A stretch of DNA of 64,000 bases from an uncultured Christensenellaceae bacterium. Its GTDB lineage: Bacteria > Bacillota > Clostridia > Christensenellales > DTU072. Below, piece by piece: positions 1 through 10,636 of the stretch. Below the pieces are notes generated by a model. The model was not told the origin of the DNA, did not search any database, and saw only the letters and a list, made by a program, of their open reading frames with translations. Numbering within the stretch: position 1 is the first letter of the stretch; every line of letters starts with the position of its first letter. The stretch lies in the NCBI GenBank assembly GCA_964480195.1, contig CAYZOJ010000001.1:651-64650 (forward strand), in the 5' to 3' direction. The translations under genes and the position numbers were made by a program.

Positions 1-633
1 CGGTTTGACCACACGGTTACCGGCTTTGTCTTCGACAACGATTTGAACATTTCTGCCGAGAAGGCTCGTTACGTCCGCTCCGTATGTTTTTCCGCCCGCT
101 TCCGGCTGAAGTTCGAGATATATCGGCTTTGCAACGTCTATATACGCAGACTTAACTCCGCTTAACGCGTCGCCGAGATCGACGGTTAAAAACAACGTTT
201 CTTCCTTGGTAAGATCAACTTTTATATCGGCGTCTCCGCAAGTCGGAGATGTTTTATCTATGTTGGATATTTTCTTTTCGACATAACGCTCGACGTTTTC
301 CGAATCGTAATAATACGCCCGAACGTACACGTCCCCCTCGATGTCGACGTTGAACGGGTTGGTATAAAGCTTCTTTTGACCGCTGAACATTTCTCCCACG
401 ATTTTGCCTACCGCATAATATCTGCGACTTACGGGCGAAGACGGAGAGTATCCGACGGTAACCATAACGGACTTTACCCACTCCGTTTCGTTATCGACCG
501 AAATCGTGGGCACAGTCGACGCTTCCGCAAACGCGACTTCGCCGTCGCGCACCGACATCGCACAAAACATTATCGACATCGCGACCGCGACAACGCATAT
601 TATCAAGCTGAAACTTCTTCTGAAAATTTTCAT
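1..633 (-). CDS. hypothetical secreted or membrane-anchored protein, 5' part only (gene runs off the left edge)
   Basis: Absent from the ORF track because no stop lies in the window. A reverse-strand ATG at 633-631 opens a frame that stays open for 211 codons to position 1. The product starts MKIFRRSFSLIICVVAVAMSIMFCAMS (basic N-terminus plus hydrophobic helix). No family recognised. Confidence 0.55.
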   Translation of the reverse strand, partial: MKIFRRSFSLIICVVAVAMSIMFCAMSVRDGEVAFAEASTVPTISVDNETEWVKSVMVTVGYSPSSPVSRRYYAVGKIVGEMFSGQKKLYTNPFNVDIEGDVYVRAYYYDSENVERYVEKKISNIDKTSPTCGDADIKVDLTKEETLFLTVDLGDALSGVKSAYIDVAKPIYLELQPEAGGKTYGADVTSLLGRNVQIVVEDKAGNRVVKP

Positions 634-750
634 AACTACACTATACCACATCGCACGCGAGTTTTCAATAATGTTCACTCAAAAATCAATCCTCTCGATG
701 TAACCCGCCACGCGAAACCTTACATAGTATGTAGTGTATCAAGGAGGTAT

Positions 751-1752
751 ATGAAAAAATTCTTACTTATGACGCTTGTCGCGGTAATGGCATCGGTTTG
801 CGTTCTGGGCACCGTCGCTTGTAAAAACGACAACGACAATAACGTTAAAATCAGGCTGAACGAAGTTACTCATTCCGTTTTTTACGCCCCTCTCTACGTC
901 GCGATGAACAACGGCTACTTCGCCGAAGAGGGTTTGGAAATCGAACTCACCAACGGCGGTGGTTCCGATAAAACGATGACGGCTATAATGAGCGGACAGG
1001 CGGATATCGGTCTTGCCGGTCCCGAAACGGTTGTCTATGTTAAAGCGGGAGGCAGTCAAAATCACCCTGTCGTCTTCGGGCAACTTACCCAAAAAGACGG
1101 TTCGTTCTTAATCGGGCGCACTCCCGAGGAAAACTTTAAGTGGAGCAATCTCCGTTCAAAAGAGATAATCGGAGGCAGAAAAGGCGGTATGCCCGCCATG
1201 TGCTTAGAGTATGCGCTATACCTTAACGGGCTCGGCTCTTCCGACGTAAAAATCAACTACGACATCCAATTCGACCTTATCGCTTCTGCGTTTGAAAGCG
1301 GTACGGGCGACTACTGCACGATGTTTGAACCCGTCGCCTCGACATACCAAAATCTCGGTAAAGGCTATGTCGCGACTTCTGTCGGCGCAATGACGGGCAA
1401 TGTACCTTATACCTGCTTTATGGCTACCAAAAAGTATGTTTCGGATAACCGAGATACGGTAACCAAGTTTATGCGTGCTATCATTAAAGGTATAAATTTC
1501 GTGACGGAAAACTCCGGTACCGCGGTAGCGACTGCTATATCACGCTCCTTCCCCGATACCGACACGGAAACTCTCGCAAAAGCCGTCGACGCGTACAAGG
1601 CAATCGACGCCTACAAGACAACTCCCGTTATGAACGAATCGGAGTACGACACTTTAATCAACATTCTGCGCTTTTCGGGTGCAATAGATACTTCCGTCGC
1701 ATTCGCGGACGTTATCGACAACTCCGTCGCGCAATCTCTCGTCAACGGTTAG
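751..1752 (+). CDS. ABC transporter substrate-binding lipoprotein, NMT1/THI5-SsuA/TauA-like
   Basis: The internal ATG at 751 is in frame with ORF 376..1752 and is preceded by aaggagg (741-747). The product MKKFLLMTLVAVMASVCVLGTVAC has a lipobox. The mature part resembles sulfonate/nitrate/HMP-type binding proteins. It is followed by a cognate ATPase and permease. Confidence 0.85.
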   Translation: MKKFLLMTLVAVMASVCVLGTVACKNDNDNNVKIRLNEVTHSVFYAPLYVAMNNGYFAEEGLEIELTNGGGSDKTMTAIMSGQADIGLAGPETVVYVKAGGSQNHPVVFGQLTQKDGSFLIGRTPEENFKWSNLRSKEIIGGRKGGMPAMCLEYALYLNGLGSSDVKINYDIQFDLIASAFESGTGDYCTMFEPVASTYQNLGKGYVATSVGAMTGNVPYTCFMATKKYVSDNRDTVTKFMRAIIKGINFVTENSGTAVATAISRSFPDTDTETLAKAVDAYKAIDAYKTTPVMNESEYDTLINILRFSGAIDTSVAFADVIDNSVAQSLVNG

Positions 1753-1763
1753 GAGAAAGCGAT

Positions 1764-2531
1764 ATGGCACTGCTCGAACTCGACAAAATATCGCTTACCT
1801 ATCACTCGCCCGAAGGCGAAACGTTAGCCATAAGCGACGTGTCTTTTGAGGTAAAAGAGCGCGAGTTCGTGTCTATCGTAGGTCCTTCCGGCTGTGGCAA
1901 AACCACACTCCTTTCGATTATCGCGGGACTACGCGAACCGAGCGGAGGCTCGGTCAAAATCGACGGAAAACCGCTTAAAGACGCAAGGGACTTTACCGCC
2001 CTTATGCCTCAACGCGATATGCTATTCGAATGGCGCAACATCCTTAAAAACGTCCTTCTCGGTCCGGAAATCAAACACACCAAAACGCCGGAAACCGTGG
2101 AGTACGCCTTGCAACTTATGGAAAAATACGGGCTCAAGGAATTTGAAAAGAAACGTCCTTCCGAGCTCTCGGGCGGTATGCGACAGCGTGCGGGGCTCAT
2201 TCGCACTCTCGTAACGTCGCCCAAGCTTTTGCTACTCGACGAGCCTTTTTCCGCACTCGACTTTCAAACGCGCCTCGAAGTCTGCGACGACGTATACCGC
2301 ATTATACGCGAAGAGAAAAAGACCGCTCTCCTCGTAACACACGACATCAACGAAGCAATTTCGATGTCGGACAAAATCATCGTTCTTACCGCACGTCCCG
2401 CACGCGTCAAACGCATATACGACGTACGCATAAACAAGGCTCTGCCTCCCATAAAGCGCAGAGAGGATCCGAACTTCCCCGAATACTTCCGCGACATCTG
2501 GCAAGACATGGAGGCGTACAATGAGTCCTGA
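1764..2531 (+). CDS. ABC transporter ATP-binding protein (SsuB/TauB-like)
   Basis: Walker A GPSGCGKTT, signature LSGGMRQR and Walker B LLLLDEPFSALD. SD aggag lies upstream of the ATG. Confidence 0.92.
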   Translation: MALLELDKISLTYHSPEGETLAISDVSFEVKEREFVSIVGPSGCGKTTLLSIIAGLREPSGGSVKIDGKPLKDARDFTALMPQRDMLFEWRNILKNVLLGPEIKHTKTPETVEYALQLMEKYGLKEFEKKRPSELSGGMRQRAGLIRTLVTSPKLLLLDEPFSALDFQTRLEVCDDVYRIIREEKKTALLVTHDINEAISMSDKIIVLTARPARVKRIYDVRINKALPPIKRREDPNFPEYFRDIWQDMEAYNES

Positions 2532-3312
2532 ACACAAGCAGTATATCAAAAAACTCAAAATTCGTAAAATAGTTATCCTAACTGCTCAAATCGGGTTACT
2601 GATTGCTATATTCGGCGTTTGGGAGCTATCCGCATATCTCGGTTGGGCGGACCCGTTTATTACGAGTTCGCCAAGCCGTATGGCAAAAAGCTTTATAAGC
2701 CTTTACCGTAGCGGAGATCTCTTCCGTCATACATTCGCAACCCTCGGAGAAACCGTAATAAGCTTTTTGCTTTCGACCGCTCTCGGGGTAGTTATCGCCG
2801 TAGCTCTCTGGTGGTCGGAAGTTCTCCGCGATATACTCGAACCCTATCTCGTCGTCTTAAACTCCCTCCCGAAAATTGCTCTCGGACCCGTAATAATCAT
2901 TTGGGTCGGCGCGGGCAAAAGCGCGATTATAACGATGTCGCTCCTCATCTGTATCGTAATAACAATCATTTCCGCATTGACGGGGTTCGTTTCCGTCGAC
3001 AAAGAAAAAATCGACTTGTTACGCTCGATGGGCGCAAACAAAGCGCAGATACTTTTTAAGCTGGTGCTTCCGTCCAATCTCCCGAACATCGTTTCGATAC
3101 TCAAAATAAACGTGGGGTTAAGCTGGGTCGGTACGATTATGGGCGAATATCTCGTATCGCGCGAGGGTATCGGGTATCTGCTCGTATACGGCGGACAGGT
3201 GTTCAAACTCGACCTCGTGATGATGTCCACTATCCTTTTATGCATACTTGCGACGGCAATGTATTTAATAGTCGCATTAATAGAAAAAATAGTAAAAAAG
3301 TTATTCTATTAG
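2521..3312 (+). CDS. ABC transporter permease (SsuC/TauC-like, BPD_transp_1)
   Basis: Polytopic membrane protein that overlaps the ATPase gene by 11 nt (translational coupling). SD ggagg lies 7 nt upstream. Confidence 0.88.
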   Translation: MSPEHKQYIKKLKIRKIVILTAQIGLLIAIFGVWELSAYLGWADPFITSSPSRMAKSFISLYRSGDLFRHTFATLGETVISFLLSTALGVVIAVALWWSEVLRDILEPYLVVLNSLPKIALGPVIIIWVGAGKSAIITMSLLICIVITIISALTGFVSVDKEKIDLLRSMGANKAQILFKLVLPSNLPNIVSILKINVGLSWVGTIMGEYLVSREGIGYLLVYGGQVFKLDLVMMSTILLCILATAMYLIVALIEKIVKKLFY

Positions 3313-3345
3313 CATTACCGCGTCTTACTCGGAATACGGTATAGC

Positions 3346-4314
3346 ATGAGAATAATCACCCTCGCGCTGACTTTTGCCGGCACCCTCATCGGCGCCGGCT
3401 TTATCTCCGGGAAAGAAATCGTCGCGTTCTTCGGCGACGCCGGTATCTTTTCGATTGCGCTCTCCTGCCTTGCCATAGGCGGGTTTGCGTATGTTTTCAT
3501 TCGACTGGGCTCTCTGTACGACGGCGACATCGAGTTTGCCATACTCGGAAAACACAAAAACTTGGCGGTATATGCCTCTCGCACCGTGAATTTCATTACC
3601 CTTTGCGTGATGATTGCGGGCGGGGAGTACGTTCTTAACACCGTTTTTGAGATTCACGGAGGCGGAATTATCACGGCAGTTTGCGCGCTCCCTTTTGCAT
3701 ACGGCAAAGGCAATCCCGTCGGCATACTGAACTCGATTATCGTGCCGATTGCCGTCGGAAGTCTTATTTATATCGCGGTAAAAACTGCCAATCCACTACC
3801 CGCTTCGGGCTCTTTTTACGCCGTCAAACCGCTGATGTATTCCGCGCTCAACCTTTTGGCTTCCGGCTCCATCGTCGCAAAATCGAGTAAAGGCGTAAGT
3901 CGCTCGGGCGCCGTGGTCGCCTCACTCATCGTGTCTACGATAATTTTCGTACTCGTCCTCGCCATTAAAACCGCCATAATCGGCTACGAAAGTTCCGAAA
4001 TGCCCGTTGCCGACGTATTCGCTTTGCTCGGGCAAGAAAAACTCGGCGGAATTATTATCTATACCGCCGTATTCTCGACCGCCGTTTCCGCACTGCGCCT
4101 CGTTTCCGACGGACGAAAGTTCGCGCCCGTTACCGCCGTATCAGCGGGACTTATGGTTTCCGTCGTCGGATTCGGGAATTTGACCGATTTTACCTACCCT
4201 TTAATCGGAGCCGTCGGGATCGTTTACGGCGTGCTCTCTTCCGTAAGGCTCATATCGACTAAAATTAAGCCGAAACTTATCCGTTCCCCCTTGCAAGGCA
4301 AAGCAAATGTTTGA
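3346..4314 (+). CDS. YkvI-family membrane protein
   Basis: The N-terminus LTFAGTLIGAGFISGKEIVAFF matches the GAGFASGQE signature of YkvI-like transporters. About 10 hydrophobic segments. Confidence 0.75.
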   Translation: MRIITLALTFAGTLIGAGFISGKEIVAFFGDAGIFSIALSCLAIGGFAYVFIRLGSLYDGDIEFAILGKHKNLAVYASRTVNFITLCVMIAGGEYVLNTVFEIHGGGIITAVCALPFAYGKGNPVGILNSIIVPIAVGSLIYIAVKTANPLPASGSFYAVKPLMYSALNLLASGSIVAKSSKGVSRSGAVVASLIVSTIIFVLVLAIKTAIIGYESSEMPVADVFALLGQEKLGGIIIYTAVFSTAVSALRLVSDGRKFAPVTAVSAGLMVSVVGFGNLTDFTYPLIGAVGIVYGVLSSVRLISTKIKPKLIRSPLQGKANV

Positions 4315-5215
4315 TATAATTATAGACGAACTGAAAAAAGCGTTCGCCGTCAGCGGTATCTTATATAAAACTTACGTCGACGCGAAGCGCCTCTCCGCAT
4401 ATAAGGGCGGAGGAACTGCAAAACTCGTGGTCTATCCTAAAACCGTTGACGAACTAAAATACGTCTGTTCGACGACTTCGGGGATACCTCGCACGATAAT
4501 CGCAAACGGCAGTAACACGCTCATTGCGGACGGCGGATATAACGGCTTGCTCGTTTCTCTTAAAAAGTTATGCGCTCTCCCGACAATCCACGACGGATAC
4601 GTCGTTGCGCGCGCGGGCGTAAATCTAAGTGCCGTTATATCTTCGGCAATCGGCGCGGGACTTAGCGGTATCGAGGAACTCGCGGGTATTCCAGCAAGCG
4701 TCGGAGGCGCCGTATATATGAACGCCGGTGCGTTCGGAAGAGAAATATGCGAACTTGTATCCGAAATTGCTCTTTTCGACGTGCAAACGTCAGATAGTTA
4801 CGTGTTGACCGACGAAAATCTCTCACCCTCTTACCGTAACGGCGGAATACCGAACGACGCTATAATCACGTCGGTAAAATTAAGGCTTGCTCGTGGCGCG
4901 GAAAACTCCGCGAAACGAAGAGATGAAATCCTCGCAAAACGACGACTCTTGCATCCCGCCGAACCATCCCTCGGCTCGACTTTCAAAAGAACATCGACTG
5001 GCATAGGCGCGGGATACTACATCGACAAAGCGGGCTTGAAAGGCGCAAAAGCGGGTGGCGCGGAAATATCCGAAAAACACGCGAACTTTATTGTCAACAA
5101 ACTTAACGGCACCGCAAGCGACTACCTCGCACTAACGGAAATTGCGGAAACCGCCGTAAAAAACAAATTCGGGATTACTCTCGAAAAAGAAATCAAAATT
5201 ATCGGTACGGAGTAA
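4307..5215 (+). CDS. murB: UDP-N-acetylenolpyruvoylglucosamine reductase
   Basis: FAD-binding N-terminal part (GGGTAKLVVYP, GSNTLIADGGYNG) and a C-terminal MurB motif region (PSLGSTFKR, NFIVN). Confidence 0.9.
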   Translation: MFDIIIDELKKAFAVSGILYKTYVDAKRLSAYKGGGTAKLVVYPKTVDELKYVCSTTSGIPRTIIANGSNTLIADGGYNGLLVSLKKLCALPTIHDGYVVARAGVNLSAVISSAIGAGLSGIEELAGIPASVGGAVYMNAGAFGREICELVSEIALFDVQTSDSYVLTDENLSPSYRNGGIPNDAIITSVKLRLARGAENSAKRRDEILAKRRLLHPAEPSLGSTFKRTSTGIGAGYYIDKAGLKGAKAGGAEISEKHANFIVNKLNGTASDYLALTEIAETAVKNKFGITLEKEIKIIGTE

Positions 5216-5218
5216 AAA

Positions 5219-6187
5219 TTGGAAAACGAAACCTCGACGTCCGCCGTCATCAAAGAAGAAATAACCGAAAGCAAAATCCTTTCGCCTTGCTGTAAAAAGG
5301 CGTTCCTTTCCGGTGCAATACGCGGAGCCGGGAGCTACTATATCAACAGCGAAGGTTTCGGCATAGTCATTCAGCACCAAAACAACGAGTTTATCGCTAA
5401 GTGCGCGGGGCTCGTTAAAAACCTCGTCGGTTTCGAACCCGTAGTCAAAATGCGCCGTCGCGAAAGCGAAAAAAATCCCAAAATCGTTTACGAAGCAGAC
5501 CTTCCCGGCGCAAAATGCTTCGACCTTATGGAAGAGGCGTACATCTCCCCCGCTCCGTTCCAACTTTACGAGGGCATCGCTCCCGAACTCATAGAAAAGG
5601 ACTGCTGTAAAAAAGCGTTTTTGCAAGGCTTGTTCCTCGCAAGCGGGACGGTTTCGATTCCTTCAAGCGAAGGTAGCGGTTCCGCGGGATACTATCTCGA
5701 CATCTCTTTAACCGGAGAAAAGGTCGCTGAAGACCTCCAAAATCTACTCAATGAACTCGATTTCGGAGCAAAAACGCGTAAACGCGGAGAATACTTTTCG
5801 GTCTACATCAAAGACGCCGAAAAAATTTCGGATATTTGCGCTTACATGGGAGCTATGCGCGGAGTGCTCGAAATACAAAACGTCATCGTCTTGCGCTCGA
5901 TAAGAAACATCAGCAACCGTCAATCGAACTGCGTAACCGCGAACGTCGGTAAAGCGGTTGAGGCGGGATTAAAGCAATATATGGCAATAAAGTATATCTT
6001 CGAAACTCGCGGTGAAGCCTATTTGGAAGAGCCCTTGCGCTCGACAGCGATAGCGCGTTTCCGGCACCCCGATATGACGCTCACCGGGCTTTCCGAAGCC
6101 CTCGCGGAGCATCCCTCGAAAAGCTGTCTCAACCACCGACTACGCAAAATTATAGCTATTGCCGAAGAACTCGGAATGAAGGAATAA
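5219..6187 (+). CDS. whiA: DNA-binding protein WhiA
   Basis: TTG start 6 nt after ggag. Duplicated CCKKAFL(S/Q)G motifs of the degenerate LAGLIDADG fold and a C-terminal HTH (SKSCLNHRLRKI). Confidence 0.88.
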   Translation: MENETSTSAVIKEEITESKILSPCCKKAFLSGAIRGAGSYYINSEGFGIVIQHQNNEFIAKCAGLVKNLVGFEPVVKMRRRESEKNPKIVYEADLPGAKCFDLMEEAYISPAPFQLYEGIAPELIEKDCCKKAFLQGLFLASGTVSIPSSEGSGSAGYYLDISLTGEKVAEDLQNLLNELDFGAKTRKRGEYFSVYIKDAEKISDICAYMGAMRGVLEIQNVIVLRSIRNISNRQSNCVTANVGKAVEAGLKQYMAIKYIFETRGEAYLEEPLRSTAIARFRHPDMTLTGLSEALAEHPSKSCLNHRLRKIIAIAEELGMKE

Positions 6188-6191
6188 TAAA

Positions 6192-9100
6192 ATGGAAACC
6201 AACAAACAGTTCGTACACTTACACGTACATACCGAATACAGCCTTCTCGACGGCGCCGCCGCCGTAGAAAAACTCGTAACGAAAGCCGCCTCTTTGGGTA
6301 TGCCCGCGCTCGCGATCACCGACCACGGCAATATGTACGGCACGGTCAAGTTTTACGACTCCTGCAATAAACATAAAATCAAACCCATCATCGGTTGTGA
6401 GTTCTATACCTGTCCGAATAAAGATATCAAGGAAGGCAGAAATACCGATAATAAAAACAACCACCTACTGCTCCTCGCAAAAGACTACGAGGGTTATATG
6501 AACCTCGCGCGCTTAAACTCCATAGCTTGGGTGGACGGTTATTACTATAAACCGCGTATCGACCTCGAAACTCTCGCTAAGCACAGCTCACACCTCATCT
6601 GCTGTTCTGCGTGCATAGCGGGTGCCATTCCGCGTCTTATTCTTGCCGGCGACTACGACGGCGCAAAAGAATACGCATTAAAGCTCAAAGGTATGTTCGA
6701 CGAGGGCGACTTCTATATAGAACTCCAAAATCACGGGCTCGAAGAAGAGCTTGCCGTCAATCCGCAACTAGTAAAACTCGCAAGAGAAATCGGCGTCAAA
6801 TGCGTCGCGACAAACGATATTCACTACATCGAAAAATCGGATGCCGAAATGCACGACGTCTTATTGTGTATCGGAACCGCAAGCTATATTGATACCCCGA
6901 ACCGTATGAAATGGTTACCCAACGACTCGTTTTACCTAAAAACTCGTGAGGAGATGGAAGAGGTCCTCGGCTGGTGCCCGGAAGCCCTCGACACCCCTCT
7001 CGAGATAATGGAAAAGTGTAACTTTAAGTTCCCGCCTCAAGTCTATCAAATCCCCGACTACCCCTGTCCCGGAGGTATGGCTCCCGCCGATTATCTACGA
7101 AAACTCACCTACGAAGGACTCGAACGCAAGTACGGTACCATCACTCCCGAAATACGCGAACGCGCCGAAACGGAGCTCGAAGTTATTATCTCGATGGGTT
7201 TCCCGGACTACTATCTCATCGTTTGGGACTTCATCTTCTGGGCAAAAGCTCACGATATTCCCGTCGGTAAAGGAAGAGGCTCCGGCGTCGGAAGTATCGT
7301 CGCATACGCCATAGGAATTACCAACGTCGACCCCCTCGAATACGACTTGATTTTTGAAAGATTCCTTAACAAAAACCGTACCTCGATGCCCGACTTCGAC
7401 ATAGACATTTGCTATTATCGTCGTGCCGAGGTTATACAATACGTCAAGGAAAAATACGGCGAAAATCGTATATCTCAGATAATAACTTTCGGTAAACTCA
7501 AAAAGAAAGCCGCTATAAAAGACGTTGCGCGCGTGTATAAGCTACCGTTCGCAGACGTTACCAAAATCACCAAAAATATCCCCGACTTCGGCGGAGAAGA
7601 CAAAAAGGTTCACATCAAAGACCTCGTCGATCCGTCGAGTAAATACTGCGTACAGGATCTTTACGACCAATACGTCGAAAATCCCGACATCAAAAAGGTT
7701 ATCGACATAGCAACTCAAGTCGAGGGACTTCCGCGTAACACGTCCATGCACGCGGCGGGCGTCGTTATATATAAATACCCCGCAATAGATACCATTCCCC
7801 TCGCCAGAAACGGCGCCGAAGTAACAACGCAATTCGATATGATAGAAGTCGAACACCTCGGTCTTCTTAAAATGGACTTCCTCGCTCTAATGACGCTGAC
7901 GGATATCAAAATGGCTCACGACTACGTTCTTAAAGCGACGGGACGAGATATCGACTTCGACGTCCTCGGATACAAAGATCCCGAGGTCTATAAACTTATC
8001 GCGGACGGCGATACCGACGCGGTCTTCCAGCTCGAAGGCGGTGGTATGAAAAAGTTTATGACACGCTTCCGCCCCACTCGAATGGAAGATATTATAGCAG
8101 GTATTTCGATGTATCGCCCGGGTCCTATGGACAACATCGACAAGTTCTTAGCAAACCGCTTGGATCCCGATCACATCGTCTACAAGCACCCGCTTCTTAA
8201 AGACATTTTGGAAGTTACAAGCGGTATTATCACCTATCAGGAACAAGCCATGATGATTACCCGCGTGCTTGCGGGCTACAGCATGACCGACGCGGACAAC
8301 TTCAGAAGCATAATAAGTAAAAAGAAAATCGACAAACTCGAAGCCGAACGCAAAAAGTTTATTTTCGGTAAGGACGACCCCGATACCGGTGAGATAATAA
8401 TCAAAGGTTGCGTTCGTAACGGTATCCCCGAAGAAACGGCGCGAGCTATCTTTGCCGAAATGGAATCTTTTGCGTCTTACGCTTTCAACAAGTCCCACGC
8501 GGCGGCTTATGCGTATTTGAGCTATGAAACCGCTTTCTATAAGCGTTACTATCCGACCGAATATATGGCGGCTGTCCTTAACAACAGAATCGACAAGCCC
8601 GACGACACCAAAAAGTATATGGCTATACTCAAAAATATGAATATTCCCATACTTCCGCCGGATATAAACAAGTCGTTCCCCCTGTTCTCGCCTGAAAACG
8701 GAAGCATTCGTTACGGTCTTGCGTGTACCAAAAACGTCGGTATGGGCATAATGAACGATGTCGTTAAAGAACGCGAAGCGCGCGGAGAGTTCAAAGATAT
8801 GCCCGACTTCATCAACAGAATGTCGGATAATCAACAGCTCAACAAACGCACTATCGAAAGCTTAATCAAGGGAGGCGCGTTCGACTGCTTCGGATTGACG
8901 CGCGCAACCCTTATGTGCAACTACGAACGTATTATGACTATCGCCGACGGCAAACGTAAAGAACGTCAACGTCGCGAAGAAACCGGTCAATACGATATGT
9001 TCTCGATGCTCGGCGAAGAAGAAATCAAGGAAGAGCCGTTCAAGTACGACATCATCAAGGAATACTCCACTCGCGAAAAACTCATCGCCGAAAAAGAAAT

Positions 9101-9764
9101 GCTCGGAATGTACGTAACCGGACACCCGCTTGCGGGCTACGAACAAGCGTTTAAGGCGTTTAACTTCAATACCTCGATGATTCCTGAACCCACCGACGAC
9201 GAAGATCGCGACGACGACGCTCAAACCGAAACCGTAAAGGAAGACAGCCCGCTCGAAGACAATATGAACATTACAACGGGCGGAATACTTGCAAACTTCC
9301 AGCTTAAACGCACCAAAGACGGCAAGGAAATGTGCATAATGACGCTCGAAGACTTATACGACCGTATCGAGTGCATAATGATGTCGAGAGCCTTGGCTTC
9401 TGCAAAACCCTACCTCAAAAACGACGCCCTCGTAAAAATTAAAGGCAGACTCTCCGTTCGCGACGGCGAATATAAAATATATGCTTCCGAATTGAAGCCT
9501 TGGGATCTTGCCGAAATTCAGGAGGCTCCCGTCGAAGTAAAAGTCAAGGTTACTCTCTACTTTAAGCTTACGGACGAAGACGTCATAAACGACAACAAAA
9601 TGAAACGCATAACCAACGTCCTTGTGGCGCACCCCGGCGACGTAGACGTCAAATTCCAGCTCGACGGAAAACTATATATGCACAACCTTAAAATAAGCGA
9701 CCCCGAGATAGTCAAAAAAGAATTGTCCGGGATACTCGGACCGCAAAACGTCAAGGTTATGTAG
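6192..9764 (+). CDS. dnaE: DNA polymerase III alpha subunit (DnaE type)
   Basis: 1190 aa with a PHP domain (HLHVHTEYSLLDG), a polymerase core (GRGSGVGS, PDFDIDI) and a C-terminal OB region. Confidence 0.95.
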   Translation: METNKQFVHLHVHTEYSLLDGAAAVEKLVTKAASLGMPALAITDHGNMYGTVKFYDSCNKHKIKPIIGCEFYTCPNKDIKEGRNTDNKNNHLLLLAKDYEGYMNLARLNSIAWVDGYYYKPRIDLETLAKHSSHLICCSACIAGAIPRLILAGDYDGAKEYALKLKGMFDEGDFYIELQNHGLEEELAVNPQLVKLAREIGVKCVATNDIHYIEKSDAEMHDVLLCIGTASYIDTPNRMKWLPNDSFYLKTREEMEEVLGWCPEALDTPLEIMEKCNFKFPPQVYQIPDYPCPGGMAPADYLRKLTYEGLERKYGTITPEIRERAETELEVIISMGFPDYYLIVWDFIFWAKAHDIPVGKGRGSGVGSIVAYAIGITNVDPLEYDLIFERFLNKNRTSMPDFDIDICYYRRAEVIQYVKEKYGENRISQIITFGKLKKKAAIKDVARVYKLPFADVTKITKNIPDFGGEDKKVHIKDLVDPSSKYCVQDLYDQYVENPDIKKVIDIATQVEGLPRNTSMHAAGVVIYKYPAIDTIPLARNGAEVTTQFDMIEVEHLGLLKMDFLALMTLTDIKMAHDYVLKATGRDIDFDVLGYKDPEVYKLIADGDTDAVFQLEGGGMKKFMTRFRPTRMEDIIAGISMYRPGPMDNIDKFLANRLDPDHIVYKHPLLKDILEVTSGIITYQEQAMMITRVLAGYSMTDADNFRSIISKKKIDKLEAERKKFIFGKDDPDTGEIIIKGCVRNGIPEETARAIFAEMESFASYAFNKSHAAAYAYLSYETAFYKRYYPTEYMAAVLNNRIDKPDDTKKYMAILKNMNIPILPPDINKSFPLFSPENGSIRYGLACTKNVGMGIMNDVVKEREARGEFKDMPDFINRMSDNQQLNKRTIESLIKGGAFDCFGLTRATLMCNYERIMTIADGKRKERQRREETGQYDMFSMLGEEEIKEEPFKYDIIKEYSTREKLIAEKEMLGMYVTGHPLAGYEQAFKAFNFNTSMIPEPTDDEDRDDDAQTETVKEDSPLEDNMNITTGGILANFQLKRTKDGKEMCIMTLEDLYDRIECIMMSRALASAKPYLKNDALVKIKGRLSVRDGEYKIYASELKPWDLAEIQEAPVEVKVKVTLYFKLTDEDVINDNKMKRITNVLVAHPGDVDVKFQLDGKLYMHNLKISDPEIVKKELSGILGPQNVKVM

Positions 9765-9800
9765 CTTCGGCAACAGATTTAAGTATTATTTAGGTATTAA

Positions 9801-9826
9801 AAAGAGGAAGCTCGCGCTTCCTCTTT
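9801..9826. terminator. bidirectional stem-loop between convergent dnaE and the HAD hydrolase gene
   Basis: aaagaggaagc (9801-9811) pairs with gcttcctcttt (9816-9826) around the loop tcgc. The flanking A and T runs give a U-tract on both strands. Confidence 0.75.
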
Positions 9827-10636
9827 TTAATCTTGCATCGCTATTTTTATGGCGTCCGCAACTCCCCCGCTCATTGCGTCCGATACAACCAAGTCCGCAA
9901 CTTGTTTGGTGCTCTCCGACGCATTTCCGACGGCAACTCCGAGTCCCGCGACTTTAAGCATCGGCACGTCATTCATACTGTCGCCTACGCATATCACTTC
10001 CTCGGCTTTTATCCCGAGAGATTTGGCATATTTCAAAACGGCGGTACCTTTGTCGACGCCTTTCTTGACGATTTCCAAAATGAACTTCTTACTTGTGTTT
10101 ACGAGTACGTCGTTTCCGAATAATTCCGTGAGAGTCTTAATATATCCCTCGACTTTTTCGGGCTCGGTTACCAACAGCATTTTGGTCGGGGACAACCTCT
10201 TCTTTTGCATATATGTAAGCAACGGTTCCCCCGTAACTTTGGGATCGTCGCGAGTAAACCGACGGTACAATGCGGAATAGTCGTTCTCCTCTTTTATGAC
10301 AAACGTATCGTCCTCGTACAGCTGATAATAAATGTCCTCTTTTTCGAGCCACTCCGCTATCCTTACCGCGACCTCATACGGCACGGCGTCTTCATATAAG
10401 AATTTACCGCTCTTGACGTCCGCCACGACAGAGCCCTGATAGCCGATGACTTCACCCTCGGTATACAGTTCGCGCGCGTAATTAATTACCGCCGATATCA
10501 TTCGTCCTGTACATATCGCAAACCGTCCGCCTGCCGATATGTAGTCCGTTACGGCTTTCTTGACGACCTCGGGAATGACCTGCGTTTCGTCCGTCAAAGT
10601 GTCGTCGAAATCGGCTATTACAAGTTTATACTTCAT
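9827..10636 (-). CDS. Cof-type HAD-IIB hydrolase
   Basis: Motifs KLVIADFDDTL and GDSMNDVPM. The ATG at 10636 (MKYKLV) lies 8 nt after aggag and is preferred over the track's GTG at 10645. The gene overlaps the uvrC 3' end. Confidence 0.85.
   Translation of the reverse strand: MKYKLVIADFDDTLTDETQVIPEVVKKAVTDYISAGGRFAICTGRMISAVINYARELYTEGEVIGYQGSVVADVKSGKFLYEDAVPYEVAVRIAEWLEKEDIYYQLYEDDTFVIKEENDYSALYRRFTRDDPKVTGEPLLTYMQKKRLSPTKMLLVTEPEKVEGYIKTLTELFGNDVLVNTSKKFILEIVKKGVDKGTAVLKYAKSLGIKAEEVICVGDSMNDVPMLKVAGLGVAVGNASESTKQVADLVVSDAMSGGVADAIKIAMQD

Noticed and set aside
634-750. Possible TPP or other riboswitch upstream of the NMT1/THI5-like ABC importer
   Set aside because: The 117-nt leader lacks the conserved TPP elements (ctgaga, acctgatctggataatgccagcg) and any obvious terminator/antiterminator pair.
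376-750. N-terminal extensions in the ORF track (376..750 here; also 13534..13644, 27662..27733, 10637..10645 and 38162..38167)
   Set aside because: Internal starts with proper SD spacing and signal peptides or family-typical N-termini are better supported. The extensions have implausible composition and overlap promoters or divergent genes.
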